A DNA stretch of 33,628 bases from a virus. Its lineage: Duplodnaviria; Caudoviricetes. Position 1 is the first letter of the stretch. Each line of letters opens with the position of its first letter. The notes beneath the pieces are model-generated. The model saw only the letters and a program-made list of their open reading frames with translations, searched no databases and had not been told where the DNA came from. The stretch lies in the IMG/VR virus record IMGVR_UViG_3300024191_000022, positions 1 through 33,628 of that record. One strand, 5' to 3'. A program made the translations under genes and the position numbers. Below are positions 19,993 to 27,707 of the stretch, piece by piece.

Positions 19993-20672
19993 CAGTACTC
20001 ATCCCTTAATGCTACCCATGACACAGGGAATAGATCTTCCATTTTAAGGCTAATAGCCCACGCTACCTCTTGTGTCTCTGCTTGTGTGTCAGACGCACAG
20101 CGTAGCTTACACATGTCAGCAAAGGCATCCAAGCTACCTGACCAGTACCACTCAGTCATGGTGCTTTGAGGCAACACCATACGTGCTTGCTCTGGGCATA
20201 CACCTGCCGCCAACATATCATTGTATAATTTAAGCTGTTCGCCATCAAAGCTATTAACGGCTTCTGCCATACTGTCGAATCCATAAAAATCACATGGGTT
20301 GACTTCCTCGTCCGTAGACCCTTGCTTCTTGTCTTCACTGCGTCCACGCCATACGTCAGGCACATAAAACTCAGGTTCAGCATCCACATACCTACGGCTA
20401 ATCTCATTCCACCGCAGGAACTTATGCTTGACTAGCTGTCGGGCCACAAAGATTGGTGCTTTGATATGAAATGATGCGAAGCAGTGACCGAATGGGCTGA
20501 TGTGTTTGTGCTTGGCTAGGTATTGTATAAGCTTTGCATCCTTATCTTTCAAGGTAGGTGGACCCCATACGTCACTCGTATCCATCTCACTCTGCTTACC
20601 AAAGCTTACTCGTGCAGCGTTAGCTACCGTCAAGTCCGTACCCATGTGATCTATGTATGTTGCTTCAATCAT
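19992..20672 (-). CDS. thyX: Flavin-dependent thymidylate synthase
   Basis: AARVSF, HISPF, RQLVKHK...NEISRRY, EQARMVLP, LRC..AQ-like C-terminus. Confidence 0.93.
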   Translation of the reverse strand: MIEATYIDHMGTDLTVANAARVSFGKQSEMDTSDVWGPPTLKDKDAKLIQYLAKHKHISPFGHCFASFHIKAPIFVARQLVKHKFLRWNEISRRYVDAEPEFYVPDVWRGRSEDKKQGSTDEEVNPCDFYGFDSMAEAVNSFDGEQLKLYNDMLAAGVCPEQARMVLPQSTMTEWYWSGSLDAFADMCKLRCASDTQAETQEVAWAISLKMEDLFPVSWVALRDEY

Positions 20673-21453
20673 TTGTTAACACCCTCAGTTTCTCTATGTC
20701 AGATGATACCCTATACTTGATGTCATCGTCAAGCCTCAGTGCTATTGTGTCTAGCCCTGTCCAGGATTCTATTTCTTTCTTATATATCAATGTCTTATGG
20801 GCAGCATCAGGATCAAGTGCTACAATAATGAAGTTGTACTCACCCAATTTAGCCATGTGTTTATCCGTCAGGCTAGTGCCTAGTATAGCCATAGCAGATA
20901 GACCCTCTACTGATTGGGTAGCTATCATAGCCGAAAGGGTATCCTCTACTAGTACGATAGACTTACTGTTACCCAGTACGTAGTAGTCAGCTACCCCTGT
21001 GTATCGTAACCACTTAGGCTGCTGACCTGATAGTGATCTACCAATGGCGTCAATCATCCTGCCCTTGTAGAATATAGGAAACACTACACGCTTATCTTTG
21101 ACATCGTACATCAGTGTGTCGAAAGGTATGCCCCACTTATCTATGTACTTCCAGAACAACTCATGCTCATGCTGTGGCTGTACTACATACTCAGGTATAG
21201 TCATAGTCTCTGGCTCAGTAGGCTCAGGCTTAGCTACCTTAGCTAGGCGTAGGCGTATCTCGTGAGCAGTCATGCCTGTGTGGTATGCACCAGTCAGTGA
21301 GCAGTTAAGCTTGAAACAGTTGTACACGATAGACCCACCATCATTCAAGGCACTGAATGTATTCTTTGAGTGACAGCTAGGGCAGTCCATACGTCTGCTC
21401 TGCTGGTCAGCTAAGTCTAAGCTATCTAAGAATGCTCTAATGTTATTCATCAT
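20665..21453 (-). CDS. DNA primase (Zn-finger + TOPRIM)
   Basis: CPSC...CFKLNC, GR, LVED, VALDPD. Confidence 0.88.
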   Translation of the reverse strand: MMNNIRAFLDSLDLADQQSRRMDCPSCHSKNTFSALNDGGSIVYNCFKLNCSLTGAYHTGMTAHEIRLRLAKVAKPEPTEPETMTIPEYVVQPQHEHELFWKYIDKWGIPFDTLMYDVKDKRVVFPIFYKGRMIDAIGRSLSGQQPKWLRYTGVADYYVLGNSKSIVLVEDTLSAMIATQSVEGLSAMAILGTSLTDKHMAKLGEYNFIIVALDPDAAHKTLIYKKEIESWTGLDTIALRLDDDIKYRVSSDIEKLRVLTND

Positions 21454-22399
21454 TGTTATCCTTGTATGCCTGGCGCTGGGCTAGTGCATTAGATGCACCA
21501 CTGAATGTGTGCTTGATGTACGGATCAAGAGAGCTAATGCTCTTGTGTCCACTCACCTGCTTGATCTGTGTCACATCAACGCCAGCCTCAACCATCTCAG
21601 TGATAGCTGTGCGCCTCATGTCCATAGCTGTTAGCTCACTAGGTAAACCAGCAGCGTCCTTGATGTCATTAACATAGCTGAACAGGTTCTCCTTTTTGTA
21701 TGGCTTGTATGCTCCATCACTAGGCTGCATCTGTGGTGCTACGTATTCTTGAAAACCATAGGCTTCCTTTTGCTGACATAGTACGTGGAGTAGTGGCTCA
21801 CTGATAGGCAGGTGTACGTCAGCACTACGCTTGCTCTGCTCAATGTCCATGCGTTTGTTATCTAAGTCTAGCTTATCCCATGTAAGCAATCGCATGTCAC
21901 CTACACGTTGGCCCCACTCGTAAGCCATCTGTACAATCAAGCCAATAGATCTCCACTTGTTCTGGCTGTAGGCTGTGTCTAAGAATGTAAAGACCTGATC
22001 CTGTGTCCACATAACTTTACGCTGCTTGTTAGGCACACGGGTTACACCCTTCATAGGGTTACGGTTCAGTATGTCCATGTTGATTGCTCTGTTAAACACA
22101 ATAGAAAGTATAGCTGAGATCTTGTTAGCTCTGCTTACACCTCTGTCTAGCCACTGCTCATACACATAGTTAGCGTGGTTGTTACCAAAGAAGTTTAGCT
22201 TAGTCTCACCCACTGTCTTACCTGTGTGTGTAGGTGTAGCCATAGCTATACGTAGGCATAGCTCGTACTCTTTCTGAGTGTTACCCTTGAGCCTAGCAAA
22301 GGCTTTGCTGTTCATGTACTCATGAGCTAAGCCACCTATAGTAGAGCTATGCTTTAAACGTTTTACCACTTGCGTCTTACCTTCCAATAGATCCAGCAT
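21443..22399 (-). CDS. int: Tyrosine recombinase/integrase
   Basis: GQRVGD (R), QSKR (K), MDMRRT, SGH, LDPY (Y); start may be GTG at 22369. Confidence 0.9.
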   Translation of the reverse strand: MLDLLEGKTQVVKRLKHSSTIGGLAHEYMNSKAFARLKGNTQKEYELCLRIAMATPTHTGKTVGETKLNFFGNNHANYVYEQWLDRGVSRANKISAILSIVFNRAINMDILNRNPMKGVTRVPNKQRKVMWTQDQVFTFLDTAYSQNKWRSIGLIVQMAYEWGQRVGDMRLLTWDKLDLDNKRMDIEQSKRSADVHLPISEPLLHVLCQQKEAYGFQEYVAPQMQPSDGAYKPYKKENLFSYVNDIKDAAGLPSELTAMDMRRTAITEMVEAGVDVTQIKQVSGHKSISSLDPYIKHTFSGASNALAQRQAYKDNNDE

Positions 22400-22569
22400 T
22401 CTAAACAGTGATCCTTTCCCATTACAAAGTCAATCAGTATTACTACGTTTAACTTCTTTTGTTTTCTCCACTCCCAGTTCCTTGCTGAGAATGTCTGGTT
22501 GTTGCTCCCGCCCAGTAGTACGTTTAACAGTACGCTTAGGGCGGTCAGCACTCTTTTTATGTAAGCCAT
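22363..22569 (-). CDS. Small phage protein
   Basis: MAYIKRVLTALSVLLNVLLGG...TFSAR...IDF...DHC pattern seen in phage hypotheticals; start uncertain. Confidence 0.6.
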   Translation of the reverse strand: MAYIKRVLTALSVLLNVLLGGSNNQTFSARNWEWRKQKKLNVVILIDFVMGKDHCLECWIYWKVRRKW

Positions 22570-22604
22570 CAAGTCGTTCTGGATCAGACCAGTCATCATG
22601 TGGA

Positions 22605-22700
22605 TCATTCGCCATCTCCGTTACTCCTTACAATAAAGTATACAAAGGCTCCGACATAAAGCAATATAAAAGGTATAGCTATCTGAGATCCTGCTACCAT
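22605..22700 (-). CDS. 31-aa single-TM peptide (not in ORF track)
   Basis: MVAGSQIAIPFILLYVGAFVYFIVRSNGDGE; fills the gap. Confidence 0.45.
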   Translation of the reverse strand: MVAGSQIAIPFILLYVGAFVYFIVRSNGDGE

Positions 22701-22873
22701 AGTGGCATCCATACCTCACCATCTAAGAGCATAGACTTAACGTCTTCCTCTTCACGCCTAAGCATGTCGGCTCGCTCAAAGTCTGACATCCATTCGGCAT
22801 CATCAATATCCTGGATAAGTTTGTGATGATAGGTGTGCAGCGGTACTACATACTTGTTGCCTTGACTTTCCAT
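22694..22873 (-). CDS. Hypothetical early protein
   Basis: ATG at 22873 with AAGGAGAC RBS. Confidence 0.7.
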   Translation of the reverse strand: MESQGNKYVVPLHTYHHKLIQDIDDAEWMSDFERADMLRREEEDVKSMLLDGEVWMPLW

Positions 22874-22891
22874 TGTATTAGTCTCCTTCAA

Positions 22892-23209
22892 TTAGATTAC
22901 ATCATTAACGCAGTACTCTGAGTTCATGTAGAATGATATGCCAATCTCTACATCACACTCGTGCTGGTACAGCAGTGATAAAGCATTAACTGTGTTCTGC
23001 ACTAGGTTATACTTATCTGCATCAGTTAACTCTGCGTCATACCCAAAGTCAACAGGTATAGCAGTTCTAACTTTCTTGTAGTGCTTATAGATGTCGTAGC
23101 CGTCCTCAGATTTCTCACCTGTATTCTCGTGGCGATGCTCATACACAAACACAACTGCATCGTTATGTGAGTATACTTCTACTTCTACTGTGTGATCTTC
23201 TATCTGCAT
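22892..23209 (-). CDS. Hypothetical early protein
   Basis: AGGAGACA RBS; 105-aa acidic ORF. Confidence 0.75.
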   Translation of the reverse strand: MQIEDHTVEVEVYSHNDAVVFVYEHRHENTGEKSEDGYDIYKHYKKVRTAIPVDFGYDAELTDADKYNLVQNTVNALSLLYQHECDVEIGISFYMNSEYCVNDVI

Positions 23210-23229
23210 TGTAGTGTCTCCTGTGTGTG

Positions 23230-23751
23230 TTAAACTCTAGTCTGTATAGTTTCTGTTATAGGCACCTGTCTTACGTACTCACCTAATGCCTTACGGTTAT
23301 GCCATTGCTTCAAAGGATAGTCAAGTATCTTATCTGCATCAATCAAAACTAAACGTGTGCATTCTTTATTGAGTTGTACATAGTACACCTTGTACTTATC
23401 TGCAAGACTAAAAGGTATCTTACTAGTGAAAGACTTTTCCCGCCGCCACTGATGATCCTTTCGCTCGATGCAGTTAATCTCTTTGAAGGGGAACTTTACA
23501 TCACCACTCCAGTTACCATGACGCACCTCTACTTCCCAGCAAGCAACAACTTCTTTGTCTTTGTTAAGAGTGATAACATCTATGCCGTACTTGTCAGGGT
23601 TCTCTATTGTAGTTAGACCTTTGTCTTTCAGTAGTCTACTTGCAAAGTTTATAACAGCAGTCTTGCCTTTGTCATCATAGGTTACGTGCTCTACACTATC
23701 AAAATGTTTGAGGGTTCCTAACATGTTACGTTGTTCTTCTACGTGTTGCAT
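23230..23751 (-). CDS. Hypothetical protein, possible PD-(D/E)XK fold
   Basis: YGIDV...WEVEVR pattern resembling D...ExK variants. Confidence 0.6.
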   Translation of the reverse strand: MQHVEEQRNMLGTLKHFDSVEHVTYDDKGKTAVINFASRLLKDKGLTTIENPDKYGIDVITLNKDKEVVACWEVEVRHGNWSGDVKFPFKEINCIERKDHQWRREKSFTSKIPFSLADKYKVYYVQLNKECTRLVLIDADKILDYPLKQWHNRKALGEYVRQVPITETIQTRV

Positions 23752-23752
23752 C

Positions 23753-23938
23753 TTAGTTTATCTCCCGTGGGTTTACCTCTAAGCGCAAGCAGCCCCATAC
23801 ATCACGAACCATAATAGGAAACGTCTGGTACTGATCAGCATACTTGTTAGCTTTCCATCTTGCACCTGCAATAGTATGTGCGCTGTCTAGTAGTGCATCC
23901 TTATGTGTATCTAAGCCTCTATATATTTTGTACACCAT
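23753..23938 (-). CDS. Hypothetical early protein
   Basis: 61-aa ORF in the operon. Confidence 0.65.
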   Translation of the reverse strand: MVYKIYRGLDTHKDALLDSAHTIAGARWKANKYADQYQTFPIMVRDVWGCLRLEVNPREIN

Positions 23939-23942
23939 ATTA

Positions 23943-24278
23943 TTAGTCCATCCTTGTTACAAAGTATTCGCCATCAGGCAGGGGCAGTGCAAGCATAGCG
24001 TACTGGTAGAAGTACACGTTACCGTTGGGTGTGTTCATCTTACCTACGTAGGGCAGGTCAGGGTCATCAGATGTAGTGTACGTACCGTCATCTTGTACGT
24101 CACCCTTGAATTGGTACAGATTACCAAAGCCGTAGCGCTCAGTCATAAAGCCTACGATGTCCATGTCTCTGCCATATAAGTTGTACTCGCCTACCCAGTA
24201 TGGTAGCACCCCAAGCATTTCTTGTAGTAGATCAGGGTCTACGTCAGGGAAAGCCTTAGCGTTGATTGTGAGTTTCAT
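23943..24278 (-). CDS. Hypothetical early protein
   Basis: AAGGAG RBS; DPDLP...YQYA...TRMD. Confidence 0.75.
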   Translation of the reverse strand: MKLTINAKAFPDVDPDLLQEMLGVLPYWVGEYNLYGRDMDIVGFMTERYGFGNLYQFKGDVQDDGTYTTSDDPDLPYVGKMNTPNGNVYFYQYAMLALPLPDGEYFVTRMD

Positions 24279-24415
24279 TGTGTTAGCTCCTTAACTTTCT
24301 CTTTTAGTTTAGCAACCTGCTGCTCTAGTTTTTGTATCTTTCTTTCTTCCCACGTGATTTGGTGTTCTTGTGTAAAACGTTTCATATTATCCAAGAAAAT
24401 ATCTACGTTTGTCAT
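24275..24415 (-). CDS. 46-aa coiled-coil peptide (not in ORF track)
   Basis: MTNVDIFLDNMKRFTQEHQITWEERKIQKLEQQVAKLKEKVKELTQ; TAATG and ATGA coupling at its two ends. Confidence 0.6.
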   Translation of the reverse strand: MTNVDIFLDNMKRFTQEHQITWEERKIQKLEQQVAKLKEKVKELTQ

Positions 24416-25407
24416 TATTTCAAACCTTTCATAATATGTTTAACAACATCAACAGTCCATCCATTGCCGAGCATTTTGTACCGCTGCGTATCTGATATAC
24501 CCTTATCAGTGTAGCCGTGTGGTACAGTCTGTAAGCGTTCGCATTCAGTAGGTGTTAGTTTACGGTAGGTTGTGGTATTGTCTGATATTTTAGGTTGTAA
24601 GTGTCCACCATCAGATGATACTAGCGATGGGCCTTTACCATCAGGGTGATATACTCTGTTTACATAGTTATACTTGTCACTGATACCTGCATCACCTACT
24701 AAGATAAGACCATCAGGTGATGGTGCTGGCACGTATCCAAATGAATAGCCATGAGTACCTGCACAGAGTGTAGCAAACTTACCATCAGTAGGATAGATAG
24801 TATTGCATTGGCTCTTGTACTTAGGGTTAAGCTGATTGCCACCCATATAGCTTTCACGTAGCTTCTTACCTGCATAATACTTTTCTTCTACCTCAGGCTC
24901 AAGTATATCCCTGAGTACAATACCCTTGTCTTCTGTTGGTACATCAAAGGGAATGTTTGTCCAGTATATACGTGGCCTGTTCTGTGCAGAGAATAGTCTA
25001 CTGTTGATAGCGACAGGCTCTACGCCCAGCGCCTCAGTGATAACGTCCATGCTTTCTTTCTTCATTTTGACGTTCTCTAGCAGGAAATACGTAGGCTTGA
25101 GTGCCTTGAGTAGCCGCACATATTCCCAGAATAACTTACTGCGTGGATCATCAAAGTTTAATTGCTTACCAGCAAAGCTGAAGCCCTGACAAGGTGAGCC
25201 ACCAATGAGTAGATCAATATCAGGCAGACTGTCAGGATCTATAGCAGTCACATCACCTAGCTGAACTGTCTCTGGAAAGTTAGCTTGTGTTACCTTGATT
25301 GCGTACTTGTCAATCTCCGCTGCATAATAGTTTTCTACAGGGATATTGAGTTGGTCTAGTGCGATTTGACCGCACGACATACCATCGAATAAACTAAGGA
25401 CGTTCAC
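24415..25407 (-). CDS. DNA (cytosine-5)-methyltransferase, orphan
   Basis: SLFDGMSCG (I), GSPCQGFS (IV), LENV (VI), QNRPR (VIII), ERLQ (IX), GNGW (X); GTG start with GAGGAG. Confidence 0.93.
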   Translation of the reverse strand: MNVLSLFDGMSCGQIALDQLNIPVENYYAAEIDKYAIKVTQANFPETVQLGDVTAIDPDSLPDIDLLIGGSPCQGFSFAGKQLNFDDPRSKLFWEYVRLLKALKPTYFLLENVKMKKESMDVITEALGVEPVAINSRLFSAQNRPRIYWTNIPFDVPTEDKGIVLRDILEPEVEEKYYAGKKLRESYMGGNQLNPKYKSQCNTIYPTDGKFATLCAGTHGYSFGYVPAPSPDGLILVGDAGISDKYNYVNRVYHPDGKGPSLVSSDGGHLQPKISDNTTTYRKLTPTECERLQTVPHGYTDKGISDTQRYKMLGNGWTVDVVKHIMKGLK

Positions 25408-25546
25408 TGTAAATCTCCTCTTCTATTATTACCTTGTACCCAGCATCTAGCAATTCATTTGCTCTGTCAAGTGCATTATCACGGTCAGGAGTCCACATCT
25501 GATTGCGATGTGAACCCTGATTGTCAAGTGTAGCTACGTACCACAT
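25394..25546 (-). CDS. 50-aa hypothetical protein (not in ORF track)
   Basis: MWYVATLDNQGSHRNQMWTPDRDNALDRANELLDAGYKVIIEEEIYSERP; TAATG coupling. Confidence 0.6.
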   Translation of the reverse strand: MWYVATLDNQGSHRNQMWTPDRDNALDRANELLDAGYKVIIEEEIYSERP

Positions 25547-25917
25547 TAAGCGTCTACTTTACCAAACATACGCTTGGCTTGATCGTCGGTAAGCTTCCAC
25601 TGATCGTGGCCCGTCAAAGATCTGACCTGCCACGGCATCTTTCTAGCTTTGCTATTGTAGCCAATAAGTGTGACAGCCTGACCACTAATCTTTGCAATCT
25701 TACTGGTATCAAGCCCCATAAGACTTGCCATCTGAGATAGAGATGATTGCTCTTGTGTCTCTGCACCATCAAGTAACACTTGCACTTTGTATGTAGCTTC
25801 ACCACCGTTGTATGAGCAGTTGCCTACCTTGATAGTCACATCTTTAATGCCAGCACTGTCGAGTGCTTCCTGCATAGATGTGCGGATAAGTTTTAGGTGT
25901 GCTTTGTCGAATGTCAT
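25546..25917 (-). CDS. Hypothetical early protein
   Basis: GGAGAC RBS; GYNSKARKMP motif. Confidence 0.75.
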   Translation of the reverse strand: MTFDKAHLKLIRTSMQEALDSAGIKDVTIKVGNCSYNGGEATYKVQVLLDGAETQEQSSLSQMASLMGLDTSKIAKISGQAVTLIGYNSKARKMPWQVRSLTGHDQWKLTDDQAKRMFGKVDA

Positions 25918-25946
25918 AGTAGTGTCTCCAAATAGATTACGTTAAG

Positions 25947-26174
25947 TTAGCCAGCAAAGTGACGCACACGGCGCTCACTGCTACGGTTAGGCTTGCGCTC
26001 AATGTAGATGGTACGCTTGCCAAGATGCAAGGCAGTCATACAATTACCTGCCTCAAGCTTGAAGCCTCGGCTTGCGTGTTTACGCTTACGGGTCAAGCCC
26101 TTAAGTCCAAGAACATTGAAGCGGAACCCATTGGTGCGGTCATTAAGCGGTTTGGTAGCGATACAGTAAAACAT
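25947..26174 (-). CDS. Small basic early protein
   Basis: AAGGA RBS; Arg/Lys-rich; own promoter upstream. Confidence 0.7.
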   Translation of the reverse strand: MFYCIATKPLNDRTNGFRFNVLGLKGLTRKRKHASRGFKLEAGNCMTALHLGKRTIYIERKPNRSSERRVRHFAG

Positions 26175-26195
26175 GTGTGATCCTTTCTATAGATC

Positions 26196-26240
26196 GTTAA
26201 GAGTGAGTTAAGGTTAATCATAGTTCAGTTTACATGTCAA
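26196..26240 (-). promoter_or_regulatory. Promoter with adjacent CtrA-type box
   Basis: TTGACA(26240-35)-N18-TAACCT, followed by TTAA-CTCACTC-TTAAC (26211-26196). Confidence 0.5.
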
Positions 26241-26242
26241 GC

Positions 26243-26830
26243 CTAAACATTATGTATGCGTTTCCACGCAACCCAAGTCGCAGCTTGCATTTCGTATGCA
26301 GTCATGCCGTGCTTTTTACCGGCTCGACTGTAGCACTGTTGAAGCTCTAATCGTAGCTTCTTGCCAATGCTTGGCACTTCCTGCATTGTACGTCTGTCTT
26401 TGTTAGCGATGCACCAAGCATGACCGTCAATGACGCATACGTCTTCACCCATGATGCACCAAAAGAAGTCAGTAATCTTTGGGCCATTGAGTATGAAATC
26501 CACAGCGTCAGCGTCATGCGGTGTAGTCTGTAAGATAGACCACGCCTTATCACGCATTGTCTTGTAGGTGCACGGTGTACAGCTTTCGACATAGCCACCA
26601 GTGACAAACGTGCTAAGCATATTGTCAGCGTCAATCAAGTTACGTTCCCAACGATTAGTTGGACTGAGTGCAGCAATCACGCCCACAACAATGTGCAGCG
26701 GTAGTTCATACTTGTCAGCCATGCTTTGGGCGTCAGACTTAGCGTCAGCGTACCACGTCAGACCGTGGTCAATCTCATCTTGCGTAGCTTGATTGAAGCA
26801 AGCCAGAATGTTGCGAGTGTACTGTGTCAT
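26243..26830 (-). CDS. First early gene; possible HhH-GPD/DNA glycosylase-like fold
   Basis: WY...VIAALSP...W..N...GPKITDF...VIDGHA...MQAATW pattern; GAGGTG RBS. Confidence 0.6.
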   Translation of the reverse strand: MTQYTRNILACFNQATQDEIDHGLTWYADAKSDAQSMADKYELPLHIVVGVIAALSPTNRWERNLIDADNMLSTFVTGGYVESCTPCTYKTMRDKAWSILQTTPHDADAVDFILNGPKITDFFWCIMGEDVCVIDGHAWCIANKDRRTMQEVPSIGKKLRLELQQCYSRAGKKHGMTAYEMQAATWVAWKRIHNV

Positions 26831-26863
26831 GTGTCACCTCATTGGTTTGAATGTATTCAGTAA

Positions 26864-26926
26864 GACACAGCCAAGCCCATACGTCAAGCATAAGTTTAGG
26901 TTGGCCTAAATTAGCTCGGCTGTATC
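26864..26926 (-). other. Structured RNA element (branched stem-loop) in the early leader
   Basis: 13-bp stem with two G-U pairs on the - strand enclosing a TTTAGG-ccaa-CCTAAA hairpin. Confidence 0.6.
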
Positions 26927-27226
26927 CAGACAAAAGACATCCAAGACCTTGTGACGGACTTATGTATTTTACCGTTCTGCCCCTTGTCGGTGCGGCCCAT
27001 GCTTATAGTCAAGTGATCCTAACTTGTCGTGCTATGCGCTTGTCTTTATGTTGCGCTGTTCTTGTGTATTCAGTCTTGTTTATTTTCGTTTTGTAGTCAA
27101 GTCTTAATTTTTAGTCTATCTTTTAAGTTTGATAGGGCTTTCCACCGTATCTGTCAGAAGGACGCTGAAACACTTTGAAGATCATACGATGCTTGCGGTT
27201 TGTTTCTTGTCGCTTTCGATGTAATA

Positions 27227-27256
27227 ACTATGCGCAGATTGCTTTTAGTATTGCAA
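27227..27256 (-). promoter_or_regulatory. Putative major early promoter
   Basis: TTGCAA-N18-CATAGT with AT-rich upstream region, bracketed by a 9-bp inverted repeat. Confidence 0.5.
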
Positions 27257-27300
27257 TAGTTATTTTGCATTTTACTGAATTAATTTTGGTTATCGTTTAA

Positions 27301-27313
27301 AATCAATAGCTTA
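27301..27313 (+). promoter_or_regulatory. IHF-type binding site
   Basis: AATCAATAGCTTA matches WATCAANNNNTTR exactly, with an AT-rich 5' flank. Confidence 0.55.
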
Positions 27314-27449
27314 CATATGTTTGGACTTAGGAAAAGCTAAGCTTCAAAGCCTAACACTCATTATAATATATAAAGCTCTACCTAAGGTTGCGCTGCCAGG
27401 ATAGTACAACTATAGGGTGTATCGTGCAGGTTTGGCATGGGGTAGGGTA

Positions 27450-27534
27450 TTTGTGATCACATTTTAGGGTAGCTTTAAAGTACAGCATTTTGTGATCACA
27501 AGAGTTATGCATCCCTTTTGTGTTTGTGATCACA
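27450..27534. repeat. Three copies of palindrome TGTGATCACA
   Basis: Exact copies at 27452, 27491 and 27525, each preceded by TT. Confidence 0.9.
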
Positions 27535-27670
27535 CTTTTATTAATTGAACGCTTGTTCATTAAAAATCTACAAAGACGGACTACCTATCAGTCTATTTAT
27601 CTAGCAAAAACAATAAGTTACACCTAGAGAAACATAGAGAAACGGAAACACTAAAAAGAAAAGCATCATT

Positions 27671-27707
27671 GTTCACGGTTTGCGCTGCTTTTGTTCCTGG
27701 TTTGTTC
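27671..27707 (+). promoter_or_regulatory. Alphaproteobacterial LexA-type box (GTTC-N7-GTTC)
   Basis: GTTC-CTGGTTT-GTTC at 27693-27707, with another in-register GTTC at 27671. Confidence 0.55.

Noticed and set aside
8880-20672. PhoH, MazG, NrdJ, glutaredoxin and ThyX as a novel auxiliary system
   Set aside because: Routine in marine roseophages and related podoviruses
22430-22615. 61-aa ORF overlapping 22363-22569 in another frame
   Set aside because: It has a plausible RBS but largely overlaps an ORF with a more recognisable phage motif; left unresolved and not called
27450-27534. Three repeats with ~30-bp gaps as a mini-CRISPR array
   Set aside because: The repeat is only 10-12 bp and spacing is uneven; better explained as operator sites
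27541-27563. GAAC-N4-GTTC palindrome (Gram-positive LexA box)
   Set aside because: Host appears alphaproteobacterial, which uses GTTC-N7-GTTC; could still be another operator but is a single unsupported site
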